Shown here one piece after another: positions 13,236 to 26,671 of a stretch of 64,000 nucleotides of DNA; position 1 is the first letter of the stretch; each line of letters starts with the position of its first letter. Under the pieces are notes generated by a model. That model had not been told where the DNA came from and searched no databases. It was given only the letters and a program-made list of their open reading frames with translations. A program made the position numbers and the translations under genes. Where the stretch lies: NCBI RefSeq assembly GCF_006345805.1, contig NC_043012.1, forward strand, positions 55,862,001 through 55,926,000. The letters are read 5' to 3'. The DNA is from Octopus sinensis. Its lineage: Eukaryota.

Positions 13236-13722
13236 ATACATGCATACATATACGTACACATACCTACACAAACATGTACACTCACACACACGCACGTGCA
13301 CAAACACACACACACATACATACATACATACATACACACACACATACATACGTACATACATACATACATACATACACATACATACATACATACATACATA
13401 CAAGCATGCATGCATTCATGCATGCATACAGAAACACACATACACACATACATTCATACATCCATACATACATACATACATACATTCATACATACATACA
13501 TACATACATACATACATACATACACACACACATACATATATACACTTACACACATACATACATACATACATGATTGCATATATACATGCATGCATACATA
13601 CATACATACATACATACATACATACATACATACATACTTGATTGCATATATACATGCATGCATACATACATACATACATACATACATACATACATACATA
13701 CATACATACATACATACATACA
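13236..13722. repeat. (CATA)n microsatellite with internal ~68-bp duplication
   Basis: TGATTGCATATATACATGCATGCATAC at 13571 and 13639. Confidence 0.95.
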
Positions 13723-13844
13723 TGTGTGCTGCCCGGGGCGGCCCCGCTGCTTAGCGCCCCCGGACTCTACACAAAAAGCCCATATTGCCTACAGCAGACC
13801 CAAAAGTGCCACTCATACCCCACTCCCAGCTCCGCTAGTGAATA

Positions 13845-14844
13845 TAGGCAAGAGATGCACGGTTGCTTTGTAGGCATCGAAAAGGCATATGACCGCGTGC
13901 CACGGGTCATGCTGTGGAAGATTTTGAAAGAGTTTGAGATTAATGGGAAACTTCTGGTTGACGTAAAGTCCCTATACCTATTTCTGTACTACCCACAAGG
14001 GGCCAAACACCGAGAGGACAAACAAGGACACACAAAAGGATTAAGTCGATTACATCGACCCCAGTGCGTAACTGGTACTTAATTTATCGACCCCGAAAGG
14101 ATGAAAGGTAAAGTCGACCTCGGCGGAATTTGAACTCACATCGTAACGGCAGATGAAATACCGCAAATCATTTCTCTCGGCGTGCTAACGGTTCTGCCAG
14201 CTCGTCGCCTTTAAAGTCCCTATACCAATGACCAGATGCTTGTGTTTGGGCAAATGATGCAAAGTCGAAACCTTTCAACGTGGGTGTTGAGCTTCAGCTG
14301 AGGCGTATATTGTCACCTTTCCTTTACCTAATTTTTATAAACTGGATTGACATGTACAGGAAGTGATACACAGTCATTGGATGTAAGATCAATCGGCTGA
14401 TATTTGCAGACGATACATTGCTACTTAGGCTCATCAGAAGGTGATCTCTAGTATGTACTGATTGAGTTCGATGCCGAGTGCTGTAAAGTAGGGATGAGAA
14501 GTAATGTTGCGAAGACGGATATTGGTCCTCTCAAAAATATCTTCCCAGTGCACTCTGCATTCTAGCGGAACATCACTGAAACAAACGGAGAAGTTTAAGT
14601 ATCTCAGAGCTGTATTCACGAATGATTGGAAGCCTGAGGCTGAATTGAATGCTAGAATTGTAGGTGCTGGCTCAGTAATGTATCAGATTCAGAACTCGAT
14701 CCTTAGAGGAGGACACGTTGGCAAAAATAAAGCAAATTTGCTATCTTCCATTCAGCATTCGTGCCTATCCTCATTTATGGACATGAATGTTGAGTAACGA
14801 CCGAAAGAATACGATTGCGAGCACAAGTGGCCCAAGTAGGGTTC
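13845..14844 (+). mobile_element. Degraded RTE-clade LINE RT fragment, interrupted by a SINE and truncated by the gap
   Basis: CFVGIEKAYDRVPRVMLWKIL, then after the SINE RLIFADDTLLL and EKFKYLRAVFT motifs, with frameshifts. Confidence 0.8.
13979..14211 (-). mobile_element. Monomeric Meta-like SINE inserted in the RTE
   Basis: 15-bp TSD TAAAGTCCCTATACC at 13964-13978 and 14212-14226. Confidence 0.9.
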
Positions 14845-14944
14845 NNNNNNNNNNNNNNNNNNNNNNNNNNNNNNNNNNNNNNNNNNNNNNNNNNNNNNNN
14901 NNNNNNNNNNNNNNNNNNNNNNNNNNNNNNNNNNNNNNNNNNNN
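14845..14944. other. Assembly gap (100 N)
   Basis: Run of exactly 100 N. Unrelated elements lie on each side. Confidence 1.
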
Positions 14945-16143
14945 GTGGTACACCTGTTTGGCGGGTTGAGTGAGTATCAAGTCTTTTGTGGCTGCAGTGG
15001 CTGCTGCGTATATTAAGTCATTTAGCCTAGTGTATCACTTTTTTTTTGTTTCAGTGGCTATTAGTTCCGTGACGGTTAGGTTTATGCTGTTTATAATGGT
15101 GTTGTTATTTCGGTTTTATTTTGATTTTGGGAGGTATGTCGGTGGTCATTATTTAGTTTGTTTGTTTTGGTTTTTAGGTTAGTTCTTGAGTTCTGTTGTG
15201 TTGTGGTTTTCAGTCTTGATTATTTTATTTTTTATATTATCATAATCATTAGGCTCCCCTTCGTTGTTTACATCGTGTTTGTTGGGAATGTTGCGTTTGT
15301 CTTCGGTTTTACAGTTTCAGTGTTTATATTATTGGGCATTGTTGTGTGGCTTCTATCTACATTTCATGGTGTATTTTTCTTTTAGATGTTCTATTTCTAT
15401 TTCTGATATTTTTTTTGTGTTGAGAATGTATCTTCGTACGTTAGCTAATTTATTAGGGTTCATTGCTGTATCCAAGTCTATATCTCTATTATTTTCCTTC
15501 CATATTTTATATGTATGTGTTGTTGTTATTTTCATTTTTTGGGGTAGAGCACTGCTGTGAAGTATGCGTGTAAGATAGAAATGTATTCCTCACGTGTCCA
15601 TTTACGTCTTTTGGGTTTTATTTGCGGGACATGAGTTACAACGCCCGGCCCATTATTTTGACGGTCGTCATTTCGTAGGGTACCGGTCCGTTTATTTCTG
15701 TTGTCACATTATTTTGCACGTGTAGTTTTTCGTACATTTTTTGTTGTAAGTTTAATGTACGTACCGCTCGATTGTTATTCTTGGGTTGAATAGTCGGTGG
15801 CATTAACTTTCTCGTAGTTCCTTTGTACATGGTGTTTGGGGTCGGGGATGATCGTGATGTTCCACGCATGTTTACATGTGTTGTGTTAGAGGTGGAGATG
15901 ATATCGAGTCAAAATACATCATTTCGTTTCGAAAATAGTAATAAAATTTCAATTAGTATTACTTACTCGGATACAGTCCAATTCTTTGTTAGTAAATCTT
16001 TGGCTCCATAGGATGTCCTTGTTTCGATGTTTGTGGATAGATTTCGGAGCTCTGTATGTTCCTTCTTACTCTTAAACGTCCCCCGGTGTTCTAAACGTCC
16101 CCCGGTGTTCTAAACCTCCCCCGGTGTTCTAAACCTCCCCCGG

Positions 16144-16147
<4 letters not shown>
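14945..16147 (-). mobile_element. 5' part of an R4/Dong-clade non-LTR retrotransposon
   Basis: Minus-strand translation KRRKWTREEYISILHAYF...YKIWKENNRD...KLANVRRYILNTKKISEIEIEHLK and LNDLIYAAAT resembles the R4/Dong N-terminal domain. It abuts (ATT)n at 16146-16232. Four 19-bp repeats at 16073-16147. Confidence 0.7.
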
Positions 16148-16209
<62 letters not shown>

Positions 16210-18730
16210 CATTATTATTATTATCATTATTAGCTTAAAAATCCATTGTCTTTCGGTGGAGTTGCAGATAAATGTTTACTGTTAAGTCTCGCACTCTATA
16301 TTTGAACAATGCATGTCAGACGCTAGCCACTTGTAATGAAGATAGAGCGACTTGCATCAGATGCTTGCACATTGGATAATACTTGCACACAGGACATAAT
16401 ACATCTGAGGTTTGCATCTTAGTAAAGACACGAGAAAGATTGAAATATTTTTTTTTAATGGAGAAAAAGTAGAAGAAAAGAAAGCGTCACTAGGGAGCTT
16501 CTTTGTCTGCTGTCTCGAGTTGCTAGAAATAGCTGCTCTGTCTTCCTCAAATTACAACATGTCATCTAGAAAAAGCTCACACCACATTACTCAATGTGGT
16601 CCGCTATGCACTGTTTAAGAATTAAGACTGGTTGATCAAGACGGCCATGCTTTGAATCCAAGTCTGCTTGTACAGGGATAACGTTAAGCTAAATAACGAC
16701 AATAACAACAATCACAAGAGCAATAATAACAACAACAGCAGCAACAACAACAGTAGTAGTTGTCATAGCAACAAGAACAACACCATCTGATGAAATAGCG
16801 TTATAAGTGATTACCTAAGGCTAAAAATTGTATATATATGAATATACATATCCGTGTGCGTGCGCGCGCGCGTGTGTGTTAGTCCACCAAAACCGGGGGC
16901 AGCTAGTGTTGGCTTGTTTACGTTCCCGTAACTTAGCGGTTCGACAAAGGAGACGAATAGAATAAGTACTGGACAAGATAAAGACTTAGTGATGGGGGTG
17001 GGGCGGGGATTGTTCGACTAAATCCTCTAAGGTGTTACCTCATCAATGGCCACAGTCCAGTGATTGAAACAAGTAAAAGATAAAAGACGAAATGATACTA
17101 TGGATATTGACCAGAACGATAACAATCCTGCCAACTTGCCGCTTTACAACAGCTTACAATAATCCTTGTTACTATAGGCAGAAGGCCTGGAATTTTGTGT
17201 GAGGAGTATAGTTGATTACATTGACCCCCCACTGCTCAAATGGTGCGTAATTTCATCGAGCCCGAAAAGGATAAAAGGCAAAAATCGACCTCGGTGGAAT
17301 TTGAACTCCGAATGTAAAGACGGACGAAATGCCGCTAAGCATTTTGCCCGGTGTGCCAATGATTCTTACTACTACTTACAATAATGACCAGACTACATCA
17401 AGGCTCAACCTTGTCTTACAATGTCACGAGATTTACATTAAGAATGTCAGTGGAATACTCGGCCATTTATATGCCTATTGAATGTGTCTGATCGTTCAGG
17501 TGATCGATTTACAGAGTTCTCGTGGCTCATGATCGAATCGCAATACACCGATGACCTGACTACCTGTTTGACTGACTATATACTACGAGTACAACCAAAC
17601 TGAATCGATGACCCAACTAATCTATGACGGGACAACGTCTAATAATATCCGGATATATAGACGCAAATCACGTTAAATCATGTGAGCTAGATAATTTCAT
17701 TCGAGCCAGAAGAACTGCTGCTAAACATTTTGTCAGACGTGCTAACGTCTGCCAGTTTACTGCTTTTTAGGGTCCATTAGCTATTTTATAATCTACTGTG
17801 GAAATAAGTAAGTATTATCGTTCTTATTGAATGTTTTTCTTCTTTAGAAAACCATTAAATCAAAGTCTTATTCATCACCATAATCCATTCGATTAATTAT
17901 ATTAACAATAGCCTTTCATTACTTTGTTTCTTGGTAGCTACGTACTGTATGCTATGCATGTGAGAAGTCAAGCGAGTAGAATGGCGTATTTTTTCGGCAT
18001 TTCTAGTCATAATCAATTTTATGAAACCCTACACTCATTCTAGCATCGACACTCACTCCTGCCTTCCTCCTCAAGTATTGCAGCAGAAACTTCTAAAAAG
18101 AAAGTGAAATGATGGAAATCTGTTGAAATACGTTTAAGTTGAATTTAAATTTAGCAAAGTCATGAAAACGATATGTACGAGAATAATGAATAAATTTAGC
18201 AAAACCTATTTGCATCATGTTTATTAAGAAACTTTGCATATTCATTGGCTAATTTCATTACGCCAAATCTTAATTAAAAAAAAAAAAAAAGCTCCATCAT
18301 TCAGTAAAGCCCAAACCATATTTCGTAAAGAATTTCGTAAGAATTTCGGAATGACTCAATTCAATTCAATTGGCAGTAGATCAGGTCTGCAAAGACTATG
18401 ATTTAAAGAAAGACGTTTTGAAGTCTTTCTAGAGTCGTGTCTGTGAGCAACTTGTTTGTTATCGGCTTAAAAGGTTTTGCCTTAATTTTAATATTTTCTT
18501 TTGTCGTTATGGTTATACACGCATAAGGCGACGATCAGGCAGAATCGTTAGCCCACCGGGTAAAATGCTAAGTGAAATTTGTCCGTCTTTACGTTCTGAT
18601 AAAAGGCGAAGTCGACCTTGGTATAATTGGATTCAGACTGTAAAGACGGACGAAATGCTGCTTAGCATTTTGTCCGACGTACTAACGATTCTAAAATCCT
18701 ACGCGTTTTATCTTTAATATTGAAACATTT

Positions 18731-19960
18731 ACAACCTCCACCTCATGCGATACATCATTGAAAAAGTGATTGAAGAACCTGTCACAGGTGGGGCCCTGAT
18801 CAATTTAGATCAGTTTAAAGATTTTGATAGTGTCGACCATCTATACTTGGTGGCGGTCCTCAAGGCAGCTGGTTTTGGACCTGCATTCAGGGGTATCACT
18901 TCAATGCACAGTGACATCTGTTCAGTGGTTACAGTGAAAGGTCACCTCTCAGAGCCGTTCAACATCATGTGCTCGGTCCAGCAAGGTTTCCCTCTCTCGT
19001 CTCTCTTGTATGTACTGGCTCTTGAGCCACTACTACACAAAGTGGAGGTGTTGAGAGGTATCCCACGTGACCTAGGATGTGGGAGATAGCGACAACGTCA
19101 CTGAAGTAGTGTCGGAACACATAGAAAAGATCGGCACCGCTCACTACGAGGCGGTGTCAGGAGCGATGATTAACTAGGGAAAATCAGTGGGTTTGCGGCT
19201 CACCATCTGAAGAAGCAAGTCCATACCGTTCAACTGCGTCGTTCGGCGCTGAACGGACGACCGGTTAAATTGCTTAGGGTCTGGTTTTGTCCGGGCCTCC
19301 AGATGGACAAAAACTGGGACGAGGTAACGAGCAGGGTGACTACTCTCACTCAGAAATGGGCCGAGAGAAAGCTATCCCTGAAAGGTCGAGCAGTGTTGGT
19401 TGACGCGTATATCACGTCCGTCATCTAGTATCGTTTGACCGTCGTGCCTTGTCCTGGCCACCCTCAGATTACGCTGGAACGTGTCTCTTCCGCTCTTTGT
19501 AGAAGGGACGCATCCTGATGGTCAGGCGGTTTATCTGCTGTCAACACCCGCAAAGTGGTCGCCTGGGTATGCCTAGTTGATGATGTGCAGACGTGCTGAG
19601 GCTACGACGTCTCCAGTGATTCCTTGACGGTGGACAGGTGTGGTCATCGTTCGCCAGGTGTGGTCATCGTGAAGATCGCACCGCCACCTTTCTTTAACCG
19701 AGAAGGAAAAGCTGTGTTTACATACCTGGTTGCCATGGCGAAAGAGGTTGTATGGTGGACAAGATTGAAGGGACTGAAGACAAACACTTTTCTCTCTGGC
19801 AAATCCCTGATCAACTTCTTCAAGTTTCACGTGAAAAGGAAAATACAGGTAGAGAGGGAAGTGTTGTCTTCTAGCCAGTTTGCTGAAAGGTGGATGAAAG
19901 TGGCGAGAATAGTGCGAGTGAACGGGCCTGCTCTGAGCATACGGCTGTGGGTGGAAGAAA
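18731..19960 (+). mobile_element. Degraded Tx1/L1-clade LINE ORF2 fragment
   Basis: LDQFKDFDSVDHLYL..GFGP, VQQGFPLSSLLYVLALEPL, LLRVWF..NWDEV..KWAERKLSLKGRAVLV, and C-terminal KAVFTYLVAMAKEVVW. Many stops and frameshifts. Confidence 0.85.
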
Positions 19961-20279
19961 AAAGGAAAAGGAAAAAATGGTTGGATAATATCTATAATCT
20001 CAGACAATCTTAGGTATACAGCAGAAAAGTTTAAGGATTGTTGCTTCTAATAAGTTTCTGTCTGGAAATAGTAAGCGACGAAAATAGATGGATAATTGGA
20101 AAAGAAAGAAAATAGTTTTACCATGTAGTTCATTTCCTCTCTCCGTGCCACTAATTTTGCCGAAAGGAATTGTAAAGGTCAATAAAATTTGGCACTAGTG
20201 TTGTCATAGGCGAATACAGAGAGTAAAGAGCCGAAACAAATTTCTCAAGACATTTTGTTAAATGCTCTTTCTTTTCTGC

Positions 20280-20640
20280 TAATCCACAATCTTGGACTGG
20301 TACTTTATTTCACGGGAAGAATTATGAAAGGCAAATCTGGCCTCAGCTGTATTTGAACTCAAAACATAAAGAGCCGGAATACTTATCGTCGCGAGACATT
20401 TTTTTTCCAACGCTCTAATAGTTTCATCAATCCACCATTCTGGAGTAGTACTTTATTTTATAAAGATGAAAAGCAAAGCTGCATTCGGCGTAACTTGAAC
20501 TCAGAACTAAAAAATCTGGAACAACTACAGCACGGCATTTCGTCCAACACTCCAAAAGAGTCTCCAATCCACCATTCTGGGCTCAAAGCGCAATGATCTG
20601 GAGCAACTACAACAAAGTATTTTGTCTAACAGACAAACAT
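20280..20640 (-). repeat. Ancient degenerate tandem array of ~145-bp SINE-derived units; similar decayed units at ~21850-22295 and 22930-23160
   Basis: AATCCAC(C)A(A/T)T(C/T)TGG at 20281, ~20429 and ~20567, with GTACTTTATT..GAAAGGCAAA..TTGAACTC remnants. Confidence 0.55.
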
Positions 20641-21364
20641 TTCCACTACACCACCGCCTTATTATTAGATATTTTATATAATTTGTTTGTTTTATCCCCC
20701 GAGAAGTTTTGTTCGTCCGTCTGGCGTGGTGTGACGGTTTGAACATAGCCGTTACAAACACAGTATGACTGTATAATGTAAGGTAACTCAAGGTATGCAA
20801 CTGTGCCAAATATATAATCACATCAGCTTAAAATATCTGTTCACTCCCACACTTTCTGCTTATAAACTAAACAGATCTTATCTATCTTGTTAGACTTCCT
20901 CTCTGCAAGCATTATTTCTGTAAATATAAGAATACCAAGTAAGATGGCAACGCCGCATACGCGTTAACGCGGGAGTTCTTTTACACGCTGAGTCGACTTA
21001 TTAGAACTGGAAGCCAAATATCCCTCAAAGTTACCCCATTCCTTCCCTACAACCGAGAATCCAATCCGGAAAATGATATGCCAAAACCAAAAATGGTCGA
21101 GATGGTCAAAGCCGAAGTAAAACAGGTGAAACAGTCGAACGATAAAACATCGACACAGAAAAAATTGCAGAGTCAAGCTTCTGTGATATAAATAGTTCAA
21201 TATATAGGCACGGGATTGGCTGTGTGGTAAGAAGTTTGCTTCCCATTCACATAGGTTCGGGTTCAGCCTCTCTGCATGGCACCTTGAGCAAGTATCTTCT
21301 ATTACATCCCCAGCTGACCAATGCCTTGTGAGTGGATTTGGCAGAAGAAAAATGAAAGAAACTC

Positions 21365-21400
<36 letters not shown>

Positions 21401-21472
21401 AATGTGACCGCGTGTGTACCGTTGGCGATTTTTTCCTCCGTCTTCCCTTCTCTAGATCTTTCCTTTTCCTAT

Positions 21473-21507
21473 GTTTCTGACGAAGAGCTCCGCTCGAAAC
21501 GTTAAAC
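21473..21507 (+). ncRNA. Minimal hammerhead-like motif in a Penelope-like fragment (~21395-21600)
   Basis: GTTT-CTGACGA-A-GAGC TCC GCTC-GAAAC-GTT-AAAC. Confidence 0.65.
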
Positions 21508-22309
21508 CCTCCTTCTTCCCTTCCTTCCTGAGCGTCATTAATACTATATTTGTTCCACGTCCTCGCGTTGTTGTGTTTTCATGTTTGGATTAACTTTATA
21601 TATATATAAAATGTGTGTGTGTATGTGTGTGCGTGCGTATGTTTGTGTATGCGTGTCTGCCCACCACCACACCGTTTGACAACCAGTGTTGGTTTGTTCA
21701 CTTCCCCATAACTTCGCGATTACTTCCTTTTTATTTCGGACAATATAAAATGTTAACAGACGCTCATGCTGCGCCTGTTGGCATCAGGAAGTTCTTTGTT
21801 CTGACACTCTGGAGACCCTGCCAACCCAACGGCTTTTGGCTGGCATTAATTTAATTGACCCAGGAAATAAGAAAAAAAAAGTGAAGTCGACCTTGGTAAG
21901 ATTTGAATTCAAAACGTAACAGGACCTTAACTAAATACCACAAAGCATTTTGTCCGACGAATTAAATTACGACTTATCAAGTCATCGACTTCTAAATGGA
22001 ATTTCATAAAATAAGTTCCTGGAAAGTACTACTGAGAAATCAACAACATCTGGATTTGAAGTCAAAGTGCAAAGGGACGTAATCAAGTAACGTAAAGCAT
22101 TTTATTCGATGCACTAACGACTTTACCAAACCAACAACTTTTAACTGGTACTTAATTCATCAGCTCTGGAAGATACAACAAAGAAATCGAAGAGATCGGA
22201 ATTTGAACTCAAGCGCAAAGGAGCCTGATTAAATACCGCCAAATATGTTGTTCGATGTAATAAAGTCTTTATCAACCCACTAACGTTTAGCTGGTACTTA
22301 CTTATTTCT

Positions 22310-22908
22310 TTATTGCCCACAAGGGGCTAAACATAGAGGGGGCAAATAAGGACGGACAAAGGGATCGAGTCGATTAGATCGACCCCAGTGCGTAACTGGT
22401 ACTTAATTTATCGACCCCGAAAGGATGAAAGGCAAAGTCGACGTCGGTGGAATTTGAACTCAGAACGTAACGGCAGACGAAATACCTATTTCTATTTCTT
22501 TACTACCCACAAGGGGCTAAACACAGAGGGGACAAACGAGGACAGACAAACGGATCAAGTCGATTATATCGACCCCAGCGCGTAACAGGTACTTATTTAA
22601 TCAACCCGAAAGGATGAAAGGCAAAGTCGACCTCGGCGGAATTTGAACTCAGAACGTAGCGGCAGACGAAATACCTATTTCTTTACTACCCACAAGGGGC
22701 TAAACACAGAGAGGACAAACAAGGACAGACAAACGGATTAAGTCGATTATATCGACCCCAGTGCGTAACTGGTACTTATTCAATCGACCCCGAAATGATG
22801 AAAGGCAAAGTCGACCTCGGCGGAATTTGAACTCAGAACGTAGCGGCAGACGAAATGCCGCTAAGCATTTCGCCCGGCGTGCTAACGTTTCTGCCAGCTC
22901 GCCGCCTT
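22310..22908 (-). mobile_element. SINE trimer (one head + 3 bodies)
   Basis: ~185-bp bodies. 15-bp duplication TACTTACTTATTTCT at 22295-22309 and 22909-22923. Confidence 0.85.
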
Positions 22909-24261
22909 TACTTACTTATTTCTGCCTTGGTATGTAAAACGAAGTCGACAACATTGGAACTTGAACTCGAAAATGGAGAGGGACCTTATTAAAAATCGCA
23001 AGATATTTTGTTTGACGTATTTTTATTGGATAATATTAATATATTTTTATTGGCCCCAAGAGAAAGAAAGATTGAGTCGACTTGAATGGTATTTGAACTC
23101 CGAATGTAAAAAGCCATAACATTAATACCGGAAGATGTTTTGCCCCAATGCCTTACTGATTCTCCCGCATCGCAGTCTCTCAGAGTTAATCAACGAAAAA
23201 TACCACCCAACCTCGACCACCAAATGTCTCTTTTTTTAGGAACAGATGTGATAGTAAGTAATAAGTAACTTCATATCTGAACTTTGTGTGACTTTATCGA
23301 CCTTTCGAGCAATTCTCAGGTTTCATTGTGACTTCCTATAGAATTCATTTAACATGAGTCAAGTCGATCAGAAAAGAGTTAGACTCATATCTTGTGAAGA
23401 TACTCTACATTCTGCGAAAAGCAATAAGGTAAAAGCAAGCCTCTGCGTGATCGCTATATCTGCTAGAAATGACAACCAAGTTTTCCTTAAATTACAGTGG
23501 TTCTTAATGGATATTCTTCGTGCGCTATGGATTTTAAACAATATAAATCAAAGCTTTAGAAATACCATACTTAATGCCTGAATGTCTTTAAAATGTGTTA
23601 TTTATAATTTTGCAACCTTCAGTTTTTACTTGCTTGGATTTTGGTATGCTGGGACACTAACTTGAAAGGTTTTAATCGAACAAATCGATCTCCACCCATC
23701 GCCTACTTATTTATATTTTTTAAAGCCTGGTACTGATTCTATCGCTTTTTTTTGCCGAACCGCTAAGTTACATAGACGTAAACAAACCAACACCGGTCGT
23801 TAAGCGGTGGAAAAATACACACAAACACAAAAACAAAAGTATAATTGGTAAACAAAAGTATGCAATAGTTTTCTAAATTTTTCAAAATAAATTTTAAACT
23901 TTCAAATATTTTATTTAAAAATTAAAACTGAAAAAATATTAGTGAGTTGTGCATGATCATTTTTGTATTTGATTTGATTTGATTTAATTCTAATATTTTA
24001 TTCAACCTTTAAGGCAGCAAGTTGATAGAATCGTTACTGCGCCGGGCAAAATTCTTAGCGGCACTTCGTCCGTCTTTTCGTTCCGAGTTCAAATTCCGCT
24101 GATGTCAACATTCTTCTGGAGTCGATAAAATAAGTACCAGCTGAGCACTGGGTCGATGTAATCAACTTGACCCACCCCACCACCACCACGCCAAACTACT
24201 GGCCCTGTTCCAAAATTTGAAACCAATATTTTCTCCAATCTTTAATGTAGGAGCACTCCGT

Positions 24262-24575
24262 CAGTTGCGACGACGAGGGTCCCACCTGATACGATCAACG
24301 GAACAGCTTGCTCGTGAAATTAACGTGTATGTGGCTGAGCTCTCCACAGACACGTTTACCCTTAACACGTAGTCCTCGGGGAGATTCAGCGTGACACAGA
24401 GTGTGACAAGGCTGACCCTTTGAAATACAGGTACTACTCATTTTTGCCAGCTGAGTGGACTGGAGCAGTGCGAAATAAAGTGTCTTGCTCAGGGACACAA
24501 CGCGCCGCCGGGAATTGAACTCACGATCTTACGATCATGAGCCGAATGCCCCCTAACCACTAAGCCACGCGCCAT
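24262..24575 (-). mobile_element. CORE-type SINE with a different 3' tail
   Basis: Head GGCGCGTGGCTTAGTGGTTAG..GAGTTCAATTCCCGG, core TGAGCAAGACACTTTATTTC, distinct tail. Confidence 0.75.
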
Positions 24576-24824
24576 GAAGTCAAAAGCGTTGGGAATCATA
24601 TATGTATGTCTTTGTGCTTGTGTTTGTATCACAACCATCTCCTGACAAGCGCGCATGCGTAAGTGTCTGTGGTTAAACCAATGCTAGAAAGAATACTCAG
24701 TAATACTCAGTAATACTCAGTAATACTCAGTACATCTTTCACAGTATATTTATTTGTACGAATCTCCAAACGAATATACATCACAATTCGCTGTATGGTA
24801 CGCATGTGATAGCATGTAAATTAT

Positions 24825-25795
24825 GGTTCTAGGTAAATTTCACTACGGTAAATTTCACTGTGGAGGCGCAATGGCCCAGTGGTTAGGGCAGCGGACTCGC
24901 GGTCGGAGGATCGCGGTTTCAATTCCCAGACCGGGTGTCGTGTGTGTTTATTGAGCGAAAATACCTAAAAGCTCCACGATGCTCCGGCAGCGGGTGGTGG
25001 TGACCCCTGTTGTACTCCTTCGCTACGACTTTCTCTCACTCTCCCTTCCTGTTTCTTGAGTAACGCTGCGATGGACTGGCATCCCGTCCAGCTGGGGGGA
25101 GGGACACTCCATTCTTTTCGTATATATGATTCTCTTTGTCGCAAAGCTTACATTTGTTCTTCTCTGATGTTATAAATTTTTCCTTGGTTGAGGGCTTCAA
25201 AGTTCAAAGTTAAACTGAATAGATAAAAAAATTAGCAATACAGTGTAATTCAGTTTTAAAATGAGTAACAAAGGCATAAAACCTATATTTTAACTAACGA
25301 CTAATTAGTTGAGAAGTGTTTAACAAGGGCATGTGTAATTAGTTTTCTATAGACCGTTATTTTCCAAGTGGAATTTACCTTAGTGGAATATACCACAGTG
25401 AATTTTACCAATAGCGAAATATCCCGAGTGGAATTTAACTAACGACTAATTAGTTGAGAAGTGTATAACAAGGGTGTGTGTAATTAGTTTTCTATAGACC
25501 GTTATTTTCCAAGTGGAATTTACCTTAGTGGAATATACCACAGTGAATTTTACCTATAGCGAAATATCCCGAGTGGAATTTAACTAACGACTAATTAGTT
25601 GAGAAGTGTATAACAAGGGTGTGTGTAATTAGTTTTCTATAGACCGTTATTTTCCAAGTGGAATTTATCTTAGTGGAATATACCACAGTGAATTTTACCA
25701 ATAGCGAAATATTCCAAGTGGAATTTGTGTGTAATTAGTTTCCCGAGTGGAATTTACCCTAGTGGAATTTACCCTAGTGGATTCTACCGGTCATG
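24825..25795. mobile_element. DNA-transposon-like element with inverted 15-bp subterminal repeats and a 3 x 145-bp internal tandem
   Basis: GGTAAATTTCAC at 24832 and 24847 versus many GTGGAATTTACC copies on the right. 145-bp units start at 25291, 25436 and 25581. A SINE is inserted at 24862-25105. Confidence 0.55.
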
Positions 25796-26242
25796 GTAAA
25801 TTATATCAGTGCATGATTAAGGACATTCAAACAAAATGACCAGTCAATAAAGAAATATATTAAGGAGAATTATAAGTTTCAGATTGAGTTTTGTAGAAAG
25901 AGCGTATATGGAAATTCCACTGCTTGAAGATATCATTGCAGTATTTCCTGTGACTAAGTGAAACAGACATCTTGTCTTTACCGTTTGAATAGCTAAAATA
26001 CGATACATCCGCCTTACAATTTGACTAGGCGTAGAGCAGACATGACTGTGTCGTTAAGAAGCACGCATTGTAACTATGTAGTTTCGGTTTCAATACCACT
26101 ACGTGGCACTTTGCATATGTGTCTTCTACTATAGCAGCGAGTGAATTTGGTAGACAGGAACTGTATGGAAGCCCGTCATATATATATGTGTGTGTGTGTG
26201 TGTGTCTGTGTGTGTGTGTGGTGTGCGTGTCTGTGTGTGTGT

Positions 26243-26283
<41 letters not shown>

Positions 26284-26599
26284 AAGCGAATAAATAAGAA
26301 GAATGTCCAGGTATCAGTGCATTACGGCCGTTTCAAGCGGCTCCATTTAATCGATCAATGAAAACATTACATCCTTGTTACTTAATTGCTTTTTATTCAC
26401 CTAACTTCGAACTGCGCGGACTATACCGAACTGGCTTGGTGCCTCAATTTAAGTACCTAGTTCAACAGAAACTTATATGTATATATGTGTGTGTGTGTGT
26501 GTGTGCATTCAGATGTATATACATTTGTGCGTGTACGTATGTGTGTGTATTTATATTTATATATAGATAACTTATTCATAGATAGATATATGTATATTG

Positions 26600-26671
<72 letters not shown>

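Noticed and set aside
24692-24730. 4 x 10-bp AATACTCAGT repeat as a regulatory array
   Set aside because: A short perfect slippage repeat with no supporting context.
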